A DNA stretch of 62,879 nt from Patescibacteria group bacterium (GTDB taxonomy: Bacteria; Patescibacteriota; Patescibacteriia; UM-FILTER-42-10), in contig JBAYGC010000008.1 of assembly GCA_041666845.1 (NCBI GenBank), positions 1 to 62,879 of the forward strand, read 5' to 3'. The notes under the pieces are model-generated. The model did not search any database. It saw nothing but the letters and a program-made list of their open reading frames with translations, and was not told where the DNA came from. Every line of letters begins with the position of its first letter. Position 1 is the stretch's first letter. This document shows, piece after piece, positions 18,675 to 27,201 of this stretch. A program made the translations under genes and the position numbers.

Positions 18675-18849
18675 GCCCAAATCTCGGGCATTTGCACCTA
18701 CCAAACAAGCTTCGGAAAGGGAAGTTTGTTACAACATCTTGACCAAAAAGGGAGGTCTTTCGTTTTACGTGTCCATTCACGTGTCGCACACCTCGTGTAT
18801 CAACTTCAGCCTGCGACGTCAGGGCTCGAACACGTACGGAGGCAACGAC
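18675..18849 (+). promoter_or_regulatory. Structured leader of about 175 nt for cassette 2
   Basis: Three hairpins: TGCCC-aaatctc-GGGCA (18674-18690), a 10-bp stem AACAAGCTTC-ggaaagg-GAAGTTTGTT (18704-18730) and ACGTG-tccatt-CACGT (18767-18782). Confidence 0.4.
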
Positions 18850-19350
18850 ATGAGACGACTACACTGGCCGCGGTTCGCGGTCTTCCTGATGGTCATCGCG
18901 ACCTTCGCGATCATGACGGCGGCGGCCAACGGCATTGCGAGCGCCACGGCCCCGCGCCCCATCGACGAGCTGAACAGCGCTTCGGTCATCTACAGGGCCT
19001 ACGCGCAGAGCGACGGTACGATCGTCAACACCGAGACGACGGCTGTCGACGTGGAGAACGCGGACGACGCCTACATCGACAACGGCGCGACCGCGATTCT
19101 GTGGTGGAGCCACGCGGCTATGCCGACGACCACGCTAAACCAGCGCGGCGCCAGCATTTCGACAATGGCGATGATCGGCGGAACCGACCAGTCCTCTTCA
19201 CCTACGGGGATGCGTGATTCCGTTGGCATTCATTTCACCGCCGTCACCAGTGACGGCATCGCTCGCTACAACGCGAAGAAGATGGCCCAGGTGGCCGAGA
19301 AGAAGATCGTCAAGACGACGAACACGAGCGACGGCGTGATCCGCGTGTAG
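18850..19350 (+). CDS. GC-rich orphan secreted or membrane-anchored protein (cassette 2)
   Basis: ATG at 18850 is preceded by GGAGGCAACGAC. The N-terminus MRRLHWPRFAVFLMVIATFAIMTAAANGIASA looks like a signal sequence. GC is 45/60 at 18901-18960. The ORF-track start at 18673 lies in the AT-rich leader. I recognise no family. Confidence 0.6.
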   Translation: MRRLHWPRFAVFLMVIATFAIMTAAANGIASATAPRPIDELNSASVIYRAYAQSDGTIVNTETTAVDVENADDAYIDNGATAILWWSHAAMPTTTLNQRGASISTMAMIGGTDQSSSPTGMRDSVGIHFTAVTSDGIARYNAKKMAQVAEKKIVKTTNTSDGVIRV

Positions 19351-19399
19351 ATCCGACCCTTCGTCGGACACGTTGAAGGGTTACACCTTCCTTTCGTGG

Positions 19400-19434
19400 C
19401 CCGTCCCAGACTGACATGGGACGGGTATTTTTTA
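19400..19434 (+). terminator. Rho-independent terminator of cassette 2
   Basis: CCCGTCCCA-gactgaca-TGGGACGGG followed by TATTTTTT. Confidence 0.85.
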
Positions 19435-19460
19435 TTTATTGAAACAAAAATATTCCTCAA

Positions 19461-19506
19461 GTAAAGCGAATTTATTCGCTTTTGGTTCGAATAAATTCGA
19501 ACCTAC
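19461..19506 (+). repeat. REP-like doublet (two palindromes ending in CCTAC)
   Basis: GTAAAGCGAATTTATTCGCTTTTGGTTCGAATAAATTCGAACCTAC. The last 25 nt or more are identical to the copy at 19926-19972. Confidence 0.75.
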
Positions 19507-19651
19507 CCCAAAATAATTATCCAGACTTGCTTAATTCGAATTCACCGAATGATAATAAATTTTCTGCATCAATCAATCTCATCAATTGTAATTGTTGAGT
19601 CGTACTCAGGTTATCTCGAATGACATCACTTGAGATAACCAGTAATCACAA

Positions 19652-20167
19652 TCAATCGATTTTATCAATCATCATTATTGAATTACCATCCTCGTAGTAA
19701 TTACGCCATGAGGAGTATTTCCAGTCCTCCGGATTTTTCACATACCCATGTTTGACCGGGTTGTTATGAATATAGTTTAGTTTTTCAACCAATTTTTTTT
19801 CAGAATAGATGTTGAAGTCATAAAAGCTTTTTTGCCAAACATTCCCTCTTCTTTTAAGATACCTGTCTATTTCTCTGGCGCTTACCCCTTTTATACGTTG
19901 AACAACATAAGATATATTACCACGGGTAGAGGCGAATTCATTCGCTTCCGGTTCGAATAAATTCGAACCTACCCAAAGTTTTAACAATAAATGTACATGA
20001 TTTGGAATAAATATATACCCAATCAAATGAAACTTTAATTCATATCTCAATCGATCGATAACATCCAGAAAAATCCTACAGCAAGTATCATCACTAAAAT
20101 ACGGGACACTGTTAATAGTCCTCGTCGTAACAAAATGCACTTGCCCGGGAATATTATAGCGCTTCAT
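19652..20167 (-). CDS. REP-associated tyrosine transposase (RAYT; IS200/IS605 TnpA-like Y1 HUH enzyme)
   Basis: 171 aa with the HUH motif PNHVHLLL and a catalytic Tyr context LNYIHNNPVKHGY. Length and order fit COG1943/RayT. About 15-16 extra residues (WVGSNLFEPEANEFAS) are encoded by a REP doublet. The start overlaps the upstream gene stop by 4 nt. Confidence 0.8.
   Translation of the reverse strand: MKRYNIPGQVHFVTTRTINSVPYFSDDTCCRIFLDVIDRLRYELKFHLIGYIFIPNHVHLLLKLWVGSNLFEPEANEFASTRGNISYVVQRIKGVSAREIDRYLKRRGNVWQKSFYDFNIYSEKKLVEKLNYIHNNPVKHGYVKNPEDWKYSSWRNYYEDGNSIMMIDKID
19926..19972 (+). repeat. REP-like doublet lying in-frame inside the RAYT gene
   Basis: GTAGAGGCGAATTCATTCGCTTCCGGTTCGAATAAATTCGAACCTAC is in the same orientation as 19461-19506 and nearly identical to it. 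Confidence 0.75.
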
Positions 20168-21030
20168 AAATCACATCTTTCGCTACTTAATTTTAAATCA
20201 TTCCCATTGGTCTCCATAATAATTGTCCCACATTGATCGGTTCGCATCATTTCGACATTGCGTTTTTGCAGATTGTTTACCGTTTTGAAATGCGGATGAC
20301 CGAAACTATTCCCCTCACCGGATTGAATTACCGCATAATCAGGATTCACAGCATCCAAAAACAGCTCACCGGATGAATATTTACTGCCGTGATGCCCGAC
20401 TTTTAATACATCCGATTCAATAGGTAGATCCTTCTCAATTATTTTTTCCTCCACTTCAAGCGGCGCATCTCCGGTAAACAGAAATTTCCTGTCTTTATAC
20501 ACTAGTCGAGATACGAGAGAGCTTTCATTGAGATCCTCCAACTCTTTACCGGAATAATCTTCAAACGGATAAAGAATTTGTAATTCGACCTGATTGCCTA
20601 ATTGATACGTCTTGCAACAAGTTGCCACTATCAGCGGAATTGATTTTTGTTCAATAATACCCAACCATGCTAAATAGTCCGGTGCATCATGATCAACGTT
20701 TCCGGAAAAAAGCACTTGATCCACTTCATAGCGCTTAAGAACCTCTACCAGCCCTGATACATGATCGGAGTGTGCGTGCGTCAAAATCATTATCTCAATA
20801 TCACGGTCGTAAAACAGTAAATACTTGCCGATTTCATCCACAACCAGATTGCCCGGCCCGCCGTCAATTAGAATATCCTGATGCTCTGGAGTGCGGATTA
20901 ATATTGCATCTCCCTGACCGACATCAAGGAAATGAATCTTCAGCGCTGAATCATTTTTAGCAGTAGTATATATTGCCAAAAATAACACTACCCCGATGGA
21001 TAGTGTTATTAAACTGATTTTTTTAATCAT
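20164..21030 (-). CDS. Metallo-beta-lactamase fold protein corresponding to the ComEC C-terminal nuclease domain
   Basis: 288 aa with an N-terminal TM helix. Motifs are GQGDAILI, ILTHAHSDHVSG and VGHHGS. The order matches the ComEC/Rec2 MBL domain. Confidence 0.75.
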   Translation of the reverse strand: MIKKISLITLSIGVVLFLAIYTTAKNDSALKIHFLDVGQGDAILIRTPEHQDILIDGGPGNLVVDEIGKYLLFYDRDIEIMILTHAHSDHVSGLVEVLKRYEVDQVLFSGNVDHDAPDYLAWLGIIEQKSIPLIVATCCKTYQLGNQVELQILYPFEDYSGKELEDLNESSLVSRLVYKDRKFLFTGDAPLEVEEKIIEKDLPIESDVLKVGHHGSKYSSGELFLDAVNPDYAVIQSGEGNSFGHPHFKTVNNLQKRNVEMMRTDQCGTIIMETNGNDLKLSSERCDL

Positions 21031-21094
21031 TGCATCCTCAATATGCGGACGCCCAATAATTATTTAATTATTATAGATATATATATATTTGGAA

Positions 21095-22432
21095 TTAATC
21101 GGCACCCTCGCCGTCTAATTTTGATTTGGAAGGCTTAAAATTGAATTCAAAATTGTTCGGTTTGATAAATTTGCTTACAATATCTTTTGTATCATTTACT
21201 TTCAATTGTTTGAACAGAAAATCAAACTTTTCTTCAATCTCTCTGGCGATACCCTCTTTCACCTCTTCGGGTAAGTTCATGATTTCTTTTTTGAATATTC
21301 CCAGTGGCTTCTTTCTGGATTTGTAAATGAACTGATCATCCGTTTGATCATCCTTCTTTTCATCGGACATATTATCCCAAATCCATTTATACATTTTGTC
21401 CCTCAGCTCACTCGGGAAAATTGTACTGTCATATATCATATTCTGAAAATTCGTGGCCAAATGAACCTCCAAACATTCATTCTCCGGTAAATTATGAAAC
21501 GCTGAATCAGGCAGGGTGGAAGCACCATGCTGTACGGTACCACCTAAATTATATTTTTCGCGTGCAAAGACTGACAAATCTTTATGCGTAGGAAAATCTA
21601 CCTTAACTTGAGCAATCGAGCCGTCCGGCAACACGATTCCGCCGTGCGAGGTACCCGTTTGAATACTGATTTTACTGATTCCTTCTATGCCAGACCCCAG
21701 TGCTTCTTGATATCCATCCATAAACACTTTCAGTTCTTCCGCGGTACTGTTTTTTTTACCCACCTCGCCGATCTCTCCGCCAATCGATATATTAATCCCT
21801 TCCGGTTGAATATCCCTGATATATTTTGTTAATATTGCACAAACCTCAAAATTATCGCGCTGCTGTTCAACTACGCTTTCTTTATCAAGATTGACCAGCG
21901 TTGAGGTATCAATATCAATATTTAGAAAACCGGCAGCAACCGAATCATCAATTATACTTTTCAAAGACTGTATTTCGTTATCCTTGTCGGCGACAAAATT
22001 TTCGAGTTTTGCCTGATAGTGATCCCCCTGGATGAATACCGGTCCGGAATGTTCTTCTTTGATTGCGGCTGCCAGAATTACTCCGACATATTCAACAGGA
22101 GTTTGGTGAGAATATCCCATTTCAGATTTTGCCAGTTCAAAAATAAATGATCCGGTATTATTTTTTTTTGCCACTCGAAAAACCGATTTCGCCAGATAAT
22201 ATGTCAGGCTTCTTAAATTTATTGCCGGAACAGTGAACCCAGAACATTTTCCCTCTCCGTATGCTCTGTATAAATCATTGATTGAACTTAGGTAAATTCC
22301 CTTTGACTTTGCGATCTTAAAAATATCGGAAGTGATTTTCTGTTTCTCATCGATGCTGTCGGTCATCACCAAATCCTTGACCAAAATATCTATATCAAAC
22401 TTCCGATTTTCTGTCTGCAATGAATTGCTCAT
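21095..22432 (-). CDS. Class II fructose-bisphosphate aldolase (long form)
   Basis: 445 aa with the GDHYQ, SIGGEIGEVG, HGGIV and QHGASTLPD blocks of the zinc aldolase family. Confidence 0.7.
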   Translation of the reverse strand: MSNSLQTENRKFDIDILVKDLVMTDSIDEKQKITSDIFKIAKSKGIYLSSINDLYRAYGEGKCSGFTVPAINLRSLTYYLAKSVFRVAKKNNTGSFIFELAKSEMGYSHQTPVEYVGVILAAAIKEEHSGPVFIQGDHYQAKLENFVADKDNEIQSLKSIIDDSVAAGFLNIDIDTSTLVNLDKESVVEQQRDNFEVCAILTKYIRDIQPEGINISIGGEIGEVGKKNSTAEELKVFMDGYQEALGSGIEGISKISIQTGTSHGGIVLPDGSIAQVKVDFPTHKDLSVFAREKYNLGGTVQHGASTLPDSAFHNLPENECLEVHLATNFQNMIYDSTIFPSELRDKMYKWIWDNMSDEKKDDQTDDQFIYKSRKKPLGIFKKEIMNLPEEVKEGIAREIEEKFDFLFKQLKVNDTKDIVSKFIKPNNFEFNFKPSKSKLDGEGAD

Positions 22433-22456
22433 ATATAAATTCTTTATATTATAAAT

Positions 22457-23662
22457 CTAATAAATCCGGTCTATTTTACCCGTCACCTTTTTGTATTTGG
22501 CTGTGAAATCTCTCCTAACCCGCCCGAAGCAAAAACCCACTTGCTCGTACAATGCCACTTGTTCCAGATCAACCGAACGGCGCTGAATCGCCTCGGCGAT
22601 ATCCATATAATGAAATACTCCGTCTTTAAACCCAGTAACCGTAACACTATGCATCCCCTCTAAAAGCAGGTACGCCGCTCCGGCACCCACCTCTACGCCA
22701 AAATTGGCGTCATAGGCGGATGTAAATCCGCTCCGTACCAGATGACTCGGGACAATCGCTCTGACTTCTGGTGTTTCATAAATACCCTCAACATACATCC
22801 CCTGCTCTTTCATAAATTGCTTGATCTCCGGATCACCTTCCAACCTTCGCTCCAATTCCTTAGCCACGTATTTACCGGCGCCAGTGAGTTTTTTATGTCC
22901 AAACGAATCTAAATTTACAGTTGCATCGTGAATATCTTCACCGGAAGCATCCTTAAAACCTTCTGCTACCACAATAATATAGGTTCCAGCATTGATATCA
23001 CTTTCAATAATCCGTTTGGTAAACACCTTTTTCATGTGACGGTAGAGTTCGTCAAAATCCACAGGTATTTCCGGAATCAGGATTGCATCACATTCACCGG
23101 CCACACCGCCACGGAAAGCATTGTGCCCGGCATAACGGCCGAAAGTTTCTAAAACCATAATCCGATTATGTGTACGACCGGTTGTTTCAATGTCGCGGAT
23201 AAATCCGGCTAAACGCTCGATAGCTGAGTCCCCACCCACTGAGTAGGACATCAAATCCAAATCCATGGTCTTGGGAGCATGCACGCATTTAATACCATGC
23301 TTATCCAGATCCAATATCACACTGCCCGTATCATCACCACCGCTGATTACTAAGCCCTCAATTTCAAATTTATTCAATCCGGCTTTAATGCGTTCATATT
23401 TTTTCTCATCTTCAATTTTGGCAATTTTTACCCGCGAATGACCGGCTTCTGATCCGGCCAGATTAATACTGAAAATATCCAGACGAGAGGGAGTCAGCTC
23501 AACCAACTTATCCATATCAACTAAATTATATAGACCGGCATATCCGTTAGGTATCGCAAAAGTTTTAACACCCTTGCGGCCGGCCATTTGCGCCGCACCT
23601 TTGATAACCGCATTTAATCCTCCTCCATCTCCACCGCCGGTTATAATACCGATATTTTTCAT
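22457..23662 (-). CDS. 6-phosphofructokinase (ATP- or PPi-dependent)
   Basis: 401 aa with MKNIGIITGGGDGGGLNAVIKGA, ISGGDDTGS and PKTMDLD, which are the PFK family signatures. Confidence 0.85.
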   Translation of the reverse strand: MKNIGIITGGGDGGGLNAVIKGAAQMAGRKGVKTFAIPNGYAGLYNLVDMDKLVELTPSRLDIFSINLAGSEAGHSRVKIAKIEDEKKYERIKAGLNKFEIEGLVISGGDDTGSVILDLDKHGIKCVHAPKTMDLDLMSYSVGGDSAIERLAGFIRDIETTGRTHNRIMVLETFGRYAGHNAFRGGVAGECDAILIPEIPVDFDELYRHMKKVFTKRIIESDINAGTYIIVVAEGFKDASGEDIHDATVNLDSFGHKKLTGAGKYVAKELERRLEGDPEIKQFMKEQGMYVEGIYETPEVRAIVPSHLVRSGFTSAYDANFGVEVGAGAAYLLLEGMHSVTVTGFKDGVFHYMDIAEAIQRRSVDLEQVALYEQVGFCFGRVRRDFTAKYKKVTGKIDRIY

Positions 23663-23759
23663 ATACTTATTTATTTATTGAATCAACACAGAATTGCTTA
23701 ATACTTAGCACTTTTCTACATCAAGCATATAATATTTACTTAAAAAGTCAATTAATATT

Positions 23760-25232
23760 TTATAGCATCTGTAGTGTGTCCAATCGCTTTTTTCTTTTTG
23801 TAAAAAAAATCATAAGAACAACAATCAATAAATAACCGACGACCAACAGTGCCTGGGAAAATTCAGAAATATTGATTGAAGCAAATGGTAAATTGGAAAA
23901 TAATTTTACAACCTGAATGATATAAGTGAGCAGTAGCCAGACAATCGATGAAAACACCGTACCCAGTGGCGGATAGATCAATGACAGCAATCCGGTCAAA
24001 AAACCGACGCCCATCGCAAACGGTATCACCGGCAGAATCAGGATGTTGACCAGAATGGCGACAACCGACAGCCTGCCGAACTGATAAAGAATCAGTGGTA
24101 ATGTAAAAATAGTGGCCGAAGTGGTTGCGATGAATGACTCCCTGATTTGAAATATGTTTGGCAACCAAGCAAATGTTCTTTCCAGCAGCGGTGACAGGTA
24201 GATTAAACCCATTGTGGCTAAAAATGAAAGCTGAAATCCGGCATCAAATATCAGTATTTTAGGATTAACCAAAAGCATAATCACCGCGGCAAGGACTAAG
24301 ACATTGGTAATACGCGAAAGACGCCCTAGCTGTTTGGCAATCAATATAATAACTCCCATAGTCACCGCACGCACGACCGAGGACTGCGCACCGGTTATTA
24401 GCATGAAAAACAGTAAAGTAACAATAATTATCCAAAAAGCTTGTTTTCTGGGAATTGCTATGTTTTTACACAGCGCTAACAGGAGTACAGCGATGATTGT
24501 TATGTTGTAACCCGAGATTGCCACAATGTGGGTCGTGCCAGTCCGGCTGAAATCCTCCATCAGATCATCAGGAATTCCTCTTTTCGCACCCAGGAGCAAC
24601 CCGCCGAGAAATGAGGTTTGAGGCTCTGGAAGCTGTTGATTGATAGTCTGGGTAAATTTGTTTTTTATCCCGTACATACGCGATAAAATTACTGAGCCAT
24701 TATTTTTAGAAATTACTTTAAGATAAGGACGGTAACAAATTGAATATATGCCGAAGCGCGATAAATATTTATCATAGGCAAAATCTTCTATTTTTTCCGG
24801 CGCTTCCAGATTGCATTTTATTTCTAAGCGATCCCCGTACTGATATTCCGGAAATAATTCCGTGTTGAGCAAAACCTTGCCGGAAAAATCTTCCGGCCTG
24901 ACTGTCAGTTTTGCCTGTTCTTTGCGGACATCGGGTTCTTCAATAACTATTCCCCGGAATTCCTTTTCCGATCCGTTATAAAACGCGATGTGCTTTTCAC
25001 TAATTATCGGTTGCGATAAATCATAGCGCCAAATTCCAAGTACAATCGCAAGCAAACAAAGCAGTAATAACCGCCATAACTTTTTCTGCCATAAGAAAAT
25101 CAAAAATACGGTCAGACCGATAAATAAAGCATAGACAAAAAATGGATCAAAATTTATTCCAAATGATGCGATACCAATACCGCAGATAAAGCTGATTAGA
25201 AAATATAGAAATATTTTTGATTTTCCCATCAA
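23760..25232 (-). CDS. comEC: ComEC/Rec2 DNA-uptake channel (DUF4131 plus competence domain only)
   Basis: 490 aa, polytopic. It has an OB-like N-terminal part, then THIVAISGYNITII and GAQSSVVRA as in ComEC. It lacks the MBL domain, which is encoded separately at 20164-21030. Confidence 0.8.
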   Translation of the reverse strand: MMGKSKIFLYFLISFICGIGIASFGINFDPFFVYALFIGLTVFLIFLWQKKLWRLLLLCLLAIVLGIWRYDLSQPIISEKHIAFYNGSEKEFRGIVIEEPDVRKEQAKLTVRPEDFSGKVLLNTELFPEYQYGDRLEIKCNLEAPEKIEDFAYDKYLSRFGIYSICYRPYLKVISKNNGSVILSRMYGIKNKFTQTINQQLPEPQTSFLGGLLLGAKRGIPDDLMEDFSRTGTTHIVAISGYNITIIAVLLLALCKNIAIPRKQAFWIIIVTLLFFMLITGAQSSVVRAVTMGVIILIAKQLGRLSRITNVLVLAAVIMLLVNPKILIFDAGFQLSFLATMGLIYLSPLLERTFAWLPNIFQIRESFIATTSATIFTLPLILYQFGRLSVVAILVNILILPVIPFAMGVGFLTGLLSLIYPPLGTVFSSIVWLLLTYIIQVVKLFSNLPFASINISEFSQALLVVGYLLIVVLMIFFTKRKKRLDTLQML

Positions 25233-25235
25233 AAA

Positions 25236-25310
25236 AGTCCCCGTTCAAGCGGTGCCAGCTGCATTTACATAGTAAATGCCCTGACCCTACCAAGAGGACT
25301 CCCGGTTTCA
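25236..25310 (-). terminator. Long rod-like hairpin ending in a U-run downstream of glmS; terminator or possibly a small RNA
   Basis: Minus strand: GGGAGUCCUCUUGGUAGGGUCAGGGCAUUUAC-UAU-GUAAAUGCAGCUGGCACCGCUUGAACGGGGACUUUUUU. Confidence 0.5.
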
Positions 25311-25341
25311 GTATGAAGAAAATTTAAAATTGTGTCAACGG

Positions 25342-27168
25342 TTATTCAACAGTTACTGATTTAGCCAGATTTCTCGGCTTATCCACATCCCGCCCCAGTT
25401 TAACAGCCATATGATAGGCAAACAGGTGTAAAGGGACAATTGTGAGTAACGGTAATAATAGATCCATCGTCGGCGGAATATAAATTACATCGTCAACTAT
25501 TTTGCTGATTTCTTTATCACCTTCCGTCGCGATTGCAATAATCCTCCCGTCCCGGGCTTTGATTTCCTGAATGTTGCTGATGTTTTTTTCATAATAGTCA
25601 TCTTTCGGCACCACCACCACGCACGGAAATTTGTCATCAATCAGCGCAATCGGACCATGTTTTAATTCCGCCATCGGATAGGCTTCGGCATGGATATAGG
25701 AAATTTCTTTAAGTTTCAGAGCCCCTTCCAATGCGATCGGATAATTAATCCCTCTGCCCAAGAAAAAGAAATCTTCATAGATTGAATACTTCTCAGAAAG
25801 TTTCCTGATAAAATCATTTTGAGTAAGAATATTTTCAATTTTTTCTGGGATATCGATAAGCTCTTTCACTAACTTTCTGCCGGTGGAAACAGACATATCG
25901 CGCAGGCGGCCGAATTGCAGAGCTAAGATAGCTAAGGCAGTCAGCTGCCCGGAAAATGCCTTGGTTGATGCCACACCGATCTCCGGTCCCGCATGGATGT
26001 ACGTTCCGCCGTCGGACTCCCTGGCGATTGTCGAACCAACCGAGTTTACTATACCCAAAGTTTTTGCTCCTCTTCTTTTGGCTTCCTGCATCGCCGCTAG
26101 AGTGTCGGCGGTTTCACCGGACTGGCTGATTGCAAATACAATTGTCCCTTCATCAATTACCGGATCACGATATCGGAACTCGGAAGCGTACTCTACCTCA
26201 ACCGGAATATTAGCATAGCGTTCAATCATGTATTCACCGACACGGCCGGCATAGTGCGCTGTACCACAGGCGATGATCACGATTCTTTTTACCGCCCGCA
26301 TTTCATCATCCGTCATGTTCAGACCGCCCAGATGCGCTATTCCCTCTTCAGGGATTACTCTGCCGCGCATTGCGTTATAGACAGCATCGCCCTCTTCAAA
26401 AATCTCCTTCTGCATAAAATGATCGTAATGCTTTTTTTCAGCATCTTCGATCCCCCAGTCTATTTTACTGACCTCATGATTTCTCTCTTCTTTTCCGATG
26501 GTAAAAATCCGGTATTTATCAGCGGATATCTCTGCTATTTCCTCATCATCCAGGTATACCACATTTTTAGTATGACTGATTAGTGGTGTGACATCCGATG
26601 CTACAAAATTTTCCCCTTCCCCGATTCCGATTACCACCGGACTGCCTTTTCTGGCTGTAATAATCAAATTAGGATGATCAGAATGCATAACCACAATTCC
26701 ATACGTTCCTTCAACCTTGGTTAATGCGCTTCTTACCGCTTCACTTAAATCACCATGATACTCCTCCTCAATCAGATGCGCTAAAACTTCCGAATCGGTT
26801 TCAGTAATAAAATTGTGTCCCTTTTCAATCAACCGGTTTTTTATTTGCAGGTAGTTCTCAATAATACCGTTGTGTACAATGGCAATTTTTTCTTTGCAGT
26901 CGGTATGCGGATGGGCATTAATCGAAGAAGGTTTTCCGTGTGTTGCCCATCTGGTATGTGAAATACCAACCGTGCCTTTCCAATCCTTGCCTTTCAGCGC
27001 CTCTTCCAATACAGCGATCTTGCCTTTTTTCTTTTCCAATTGAATACCGTCATTTTCAAATATGGCAATTCCGGCCGAATCATAACCACGGTATTCCAAT
27101 TTTTTCAGCCCGTCCAATAAAATTGGTTTTGCTGATTTACTTCCAATATAACCTACAATTCCGCACAT
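25342..27168 (-). CDS. glmS: Glutamine--fructose-6-phosphate aminotransferase
   Basis: 608 aa with the MCGIVGY N-terminal nucleophile, two SIS domains and the C-terminal KSVTVE. Confidence 0.97.
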   Translation of the reverse strand: MCGIVGYIGSKSAKPILLDGLKKLEYRGYDSAGIAIFENDGIQLEKKKGKIAVLEEALKGKDWKGTVGISHTRWATHGKPSSINAHPHTDCKEKIAIVHNGIIENYLQIKNRLIEKGHNFITETDSEVLAHLIEEEYHGDLSEAVRSALTKVEGTYGIVVMHSDHPNLIITARKGSPVVIGIGEGENFVASDVTPLISHTKNVVYLDDEEIAEISADKYRIFTIGKEERNHEVSKIDWGIEDAEKKHYDHFMQKEIFEEGDAVYNAMRGRVIPEEGIAHLGGLNMTDDEMRAVKRIVIIACGTAHYAGRVGEYMIERYANIPVEVEYASEFRYRDPVIDEGTIVFAISQSGETADTLAAMQEAKRRGAKTLGIVNSVGSTIARESDGGTYIHAGPEIGVASTKAFSGQLTALAILALQFGRLRDMSVSTGRKLVKELIDIPEKIENILTQNDFIRKLSEKYSIYEDFFFLGRGINYPIALEGALKLKEISYIHAEAYPMAELKHGPIALIDDKFPCVVVVPKDDYYEKNISNIQEIKARDGRIIAIATEGDKEISKIVDDVIYIPPTMDLLLPLLTIVPLHLFAYHMAVKLGRDVDKPRNLAKSVTVE

Positions 27169-27201
27169 ATTTTTATTCTCCGGTTATTGATTAAGTGAAT
27201 G

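Noticed and set aside
18673-19217. The upstream extension of the cassette 2 ORF (start at 18673) and the alternative-frame or antisense ORFs 18726-19217 and 18859-19113.
   Set aside because: The extension runs through the AT-rich hairpin leader and has no SD, whereas the ATG at 18850 has GGAGG at the right spacing. The other frames give Arg/Asp/Gly-rich artefacts of the high GC.
27169-27201. A glmS ribozyme upstream of glmS.
   Set aside because: Only 33 nt separate glmS from prfB. There is no room for the ribozyme of about 170 nt, and no matching structure.
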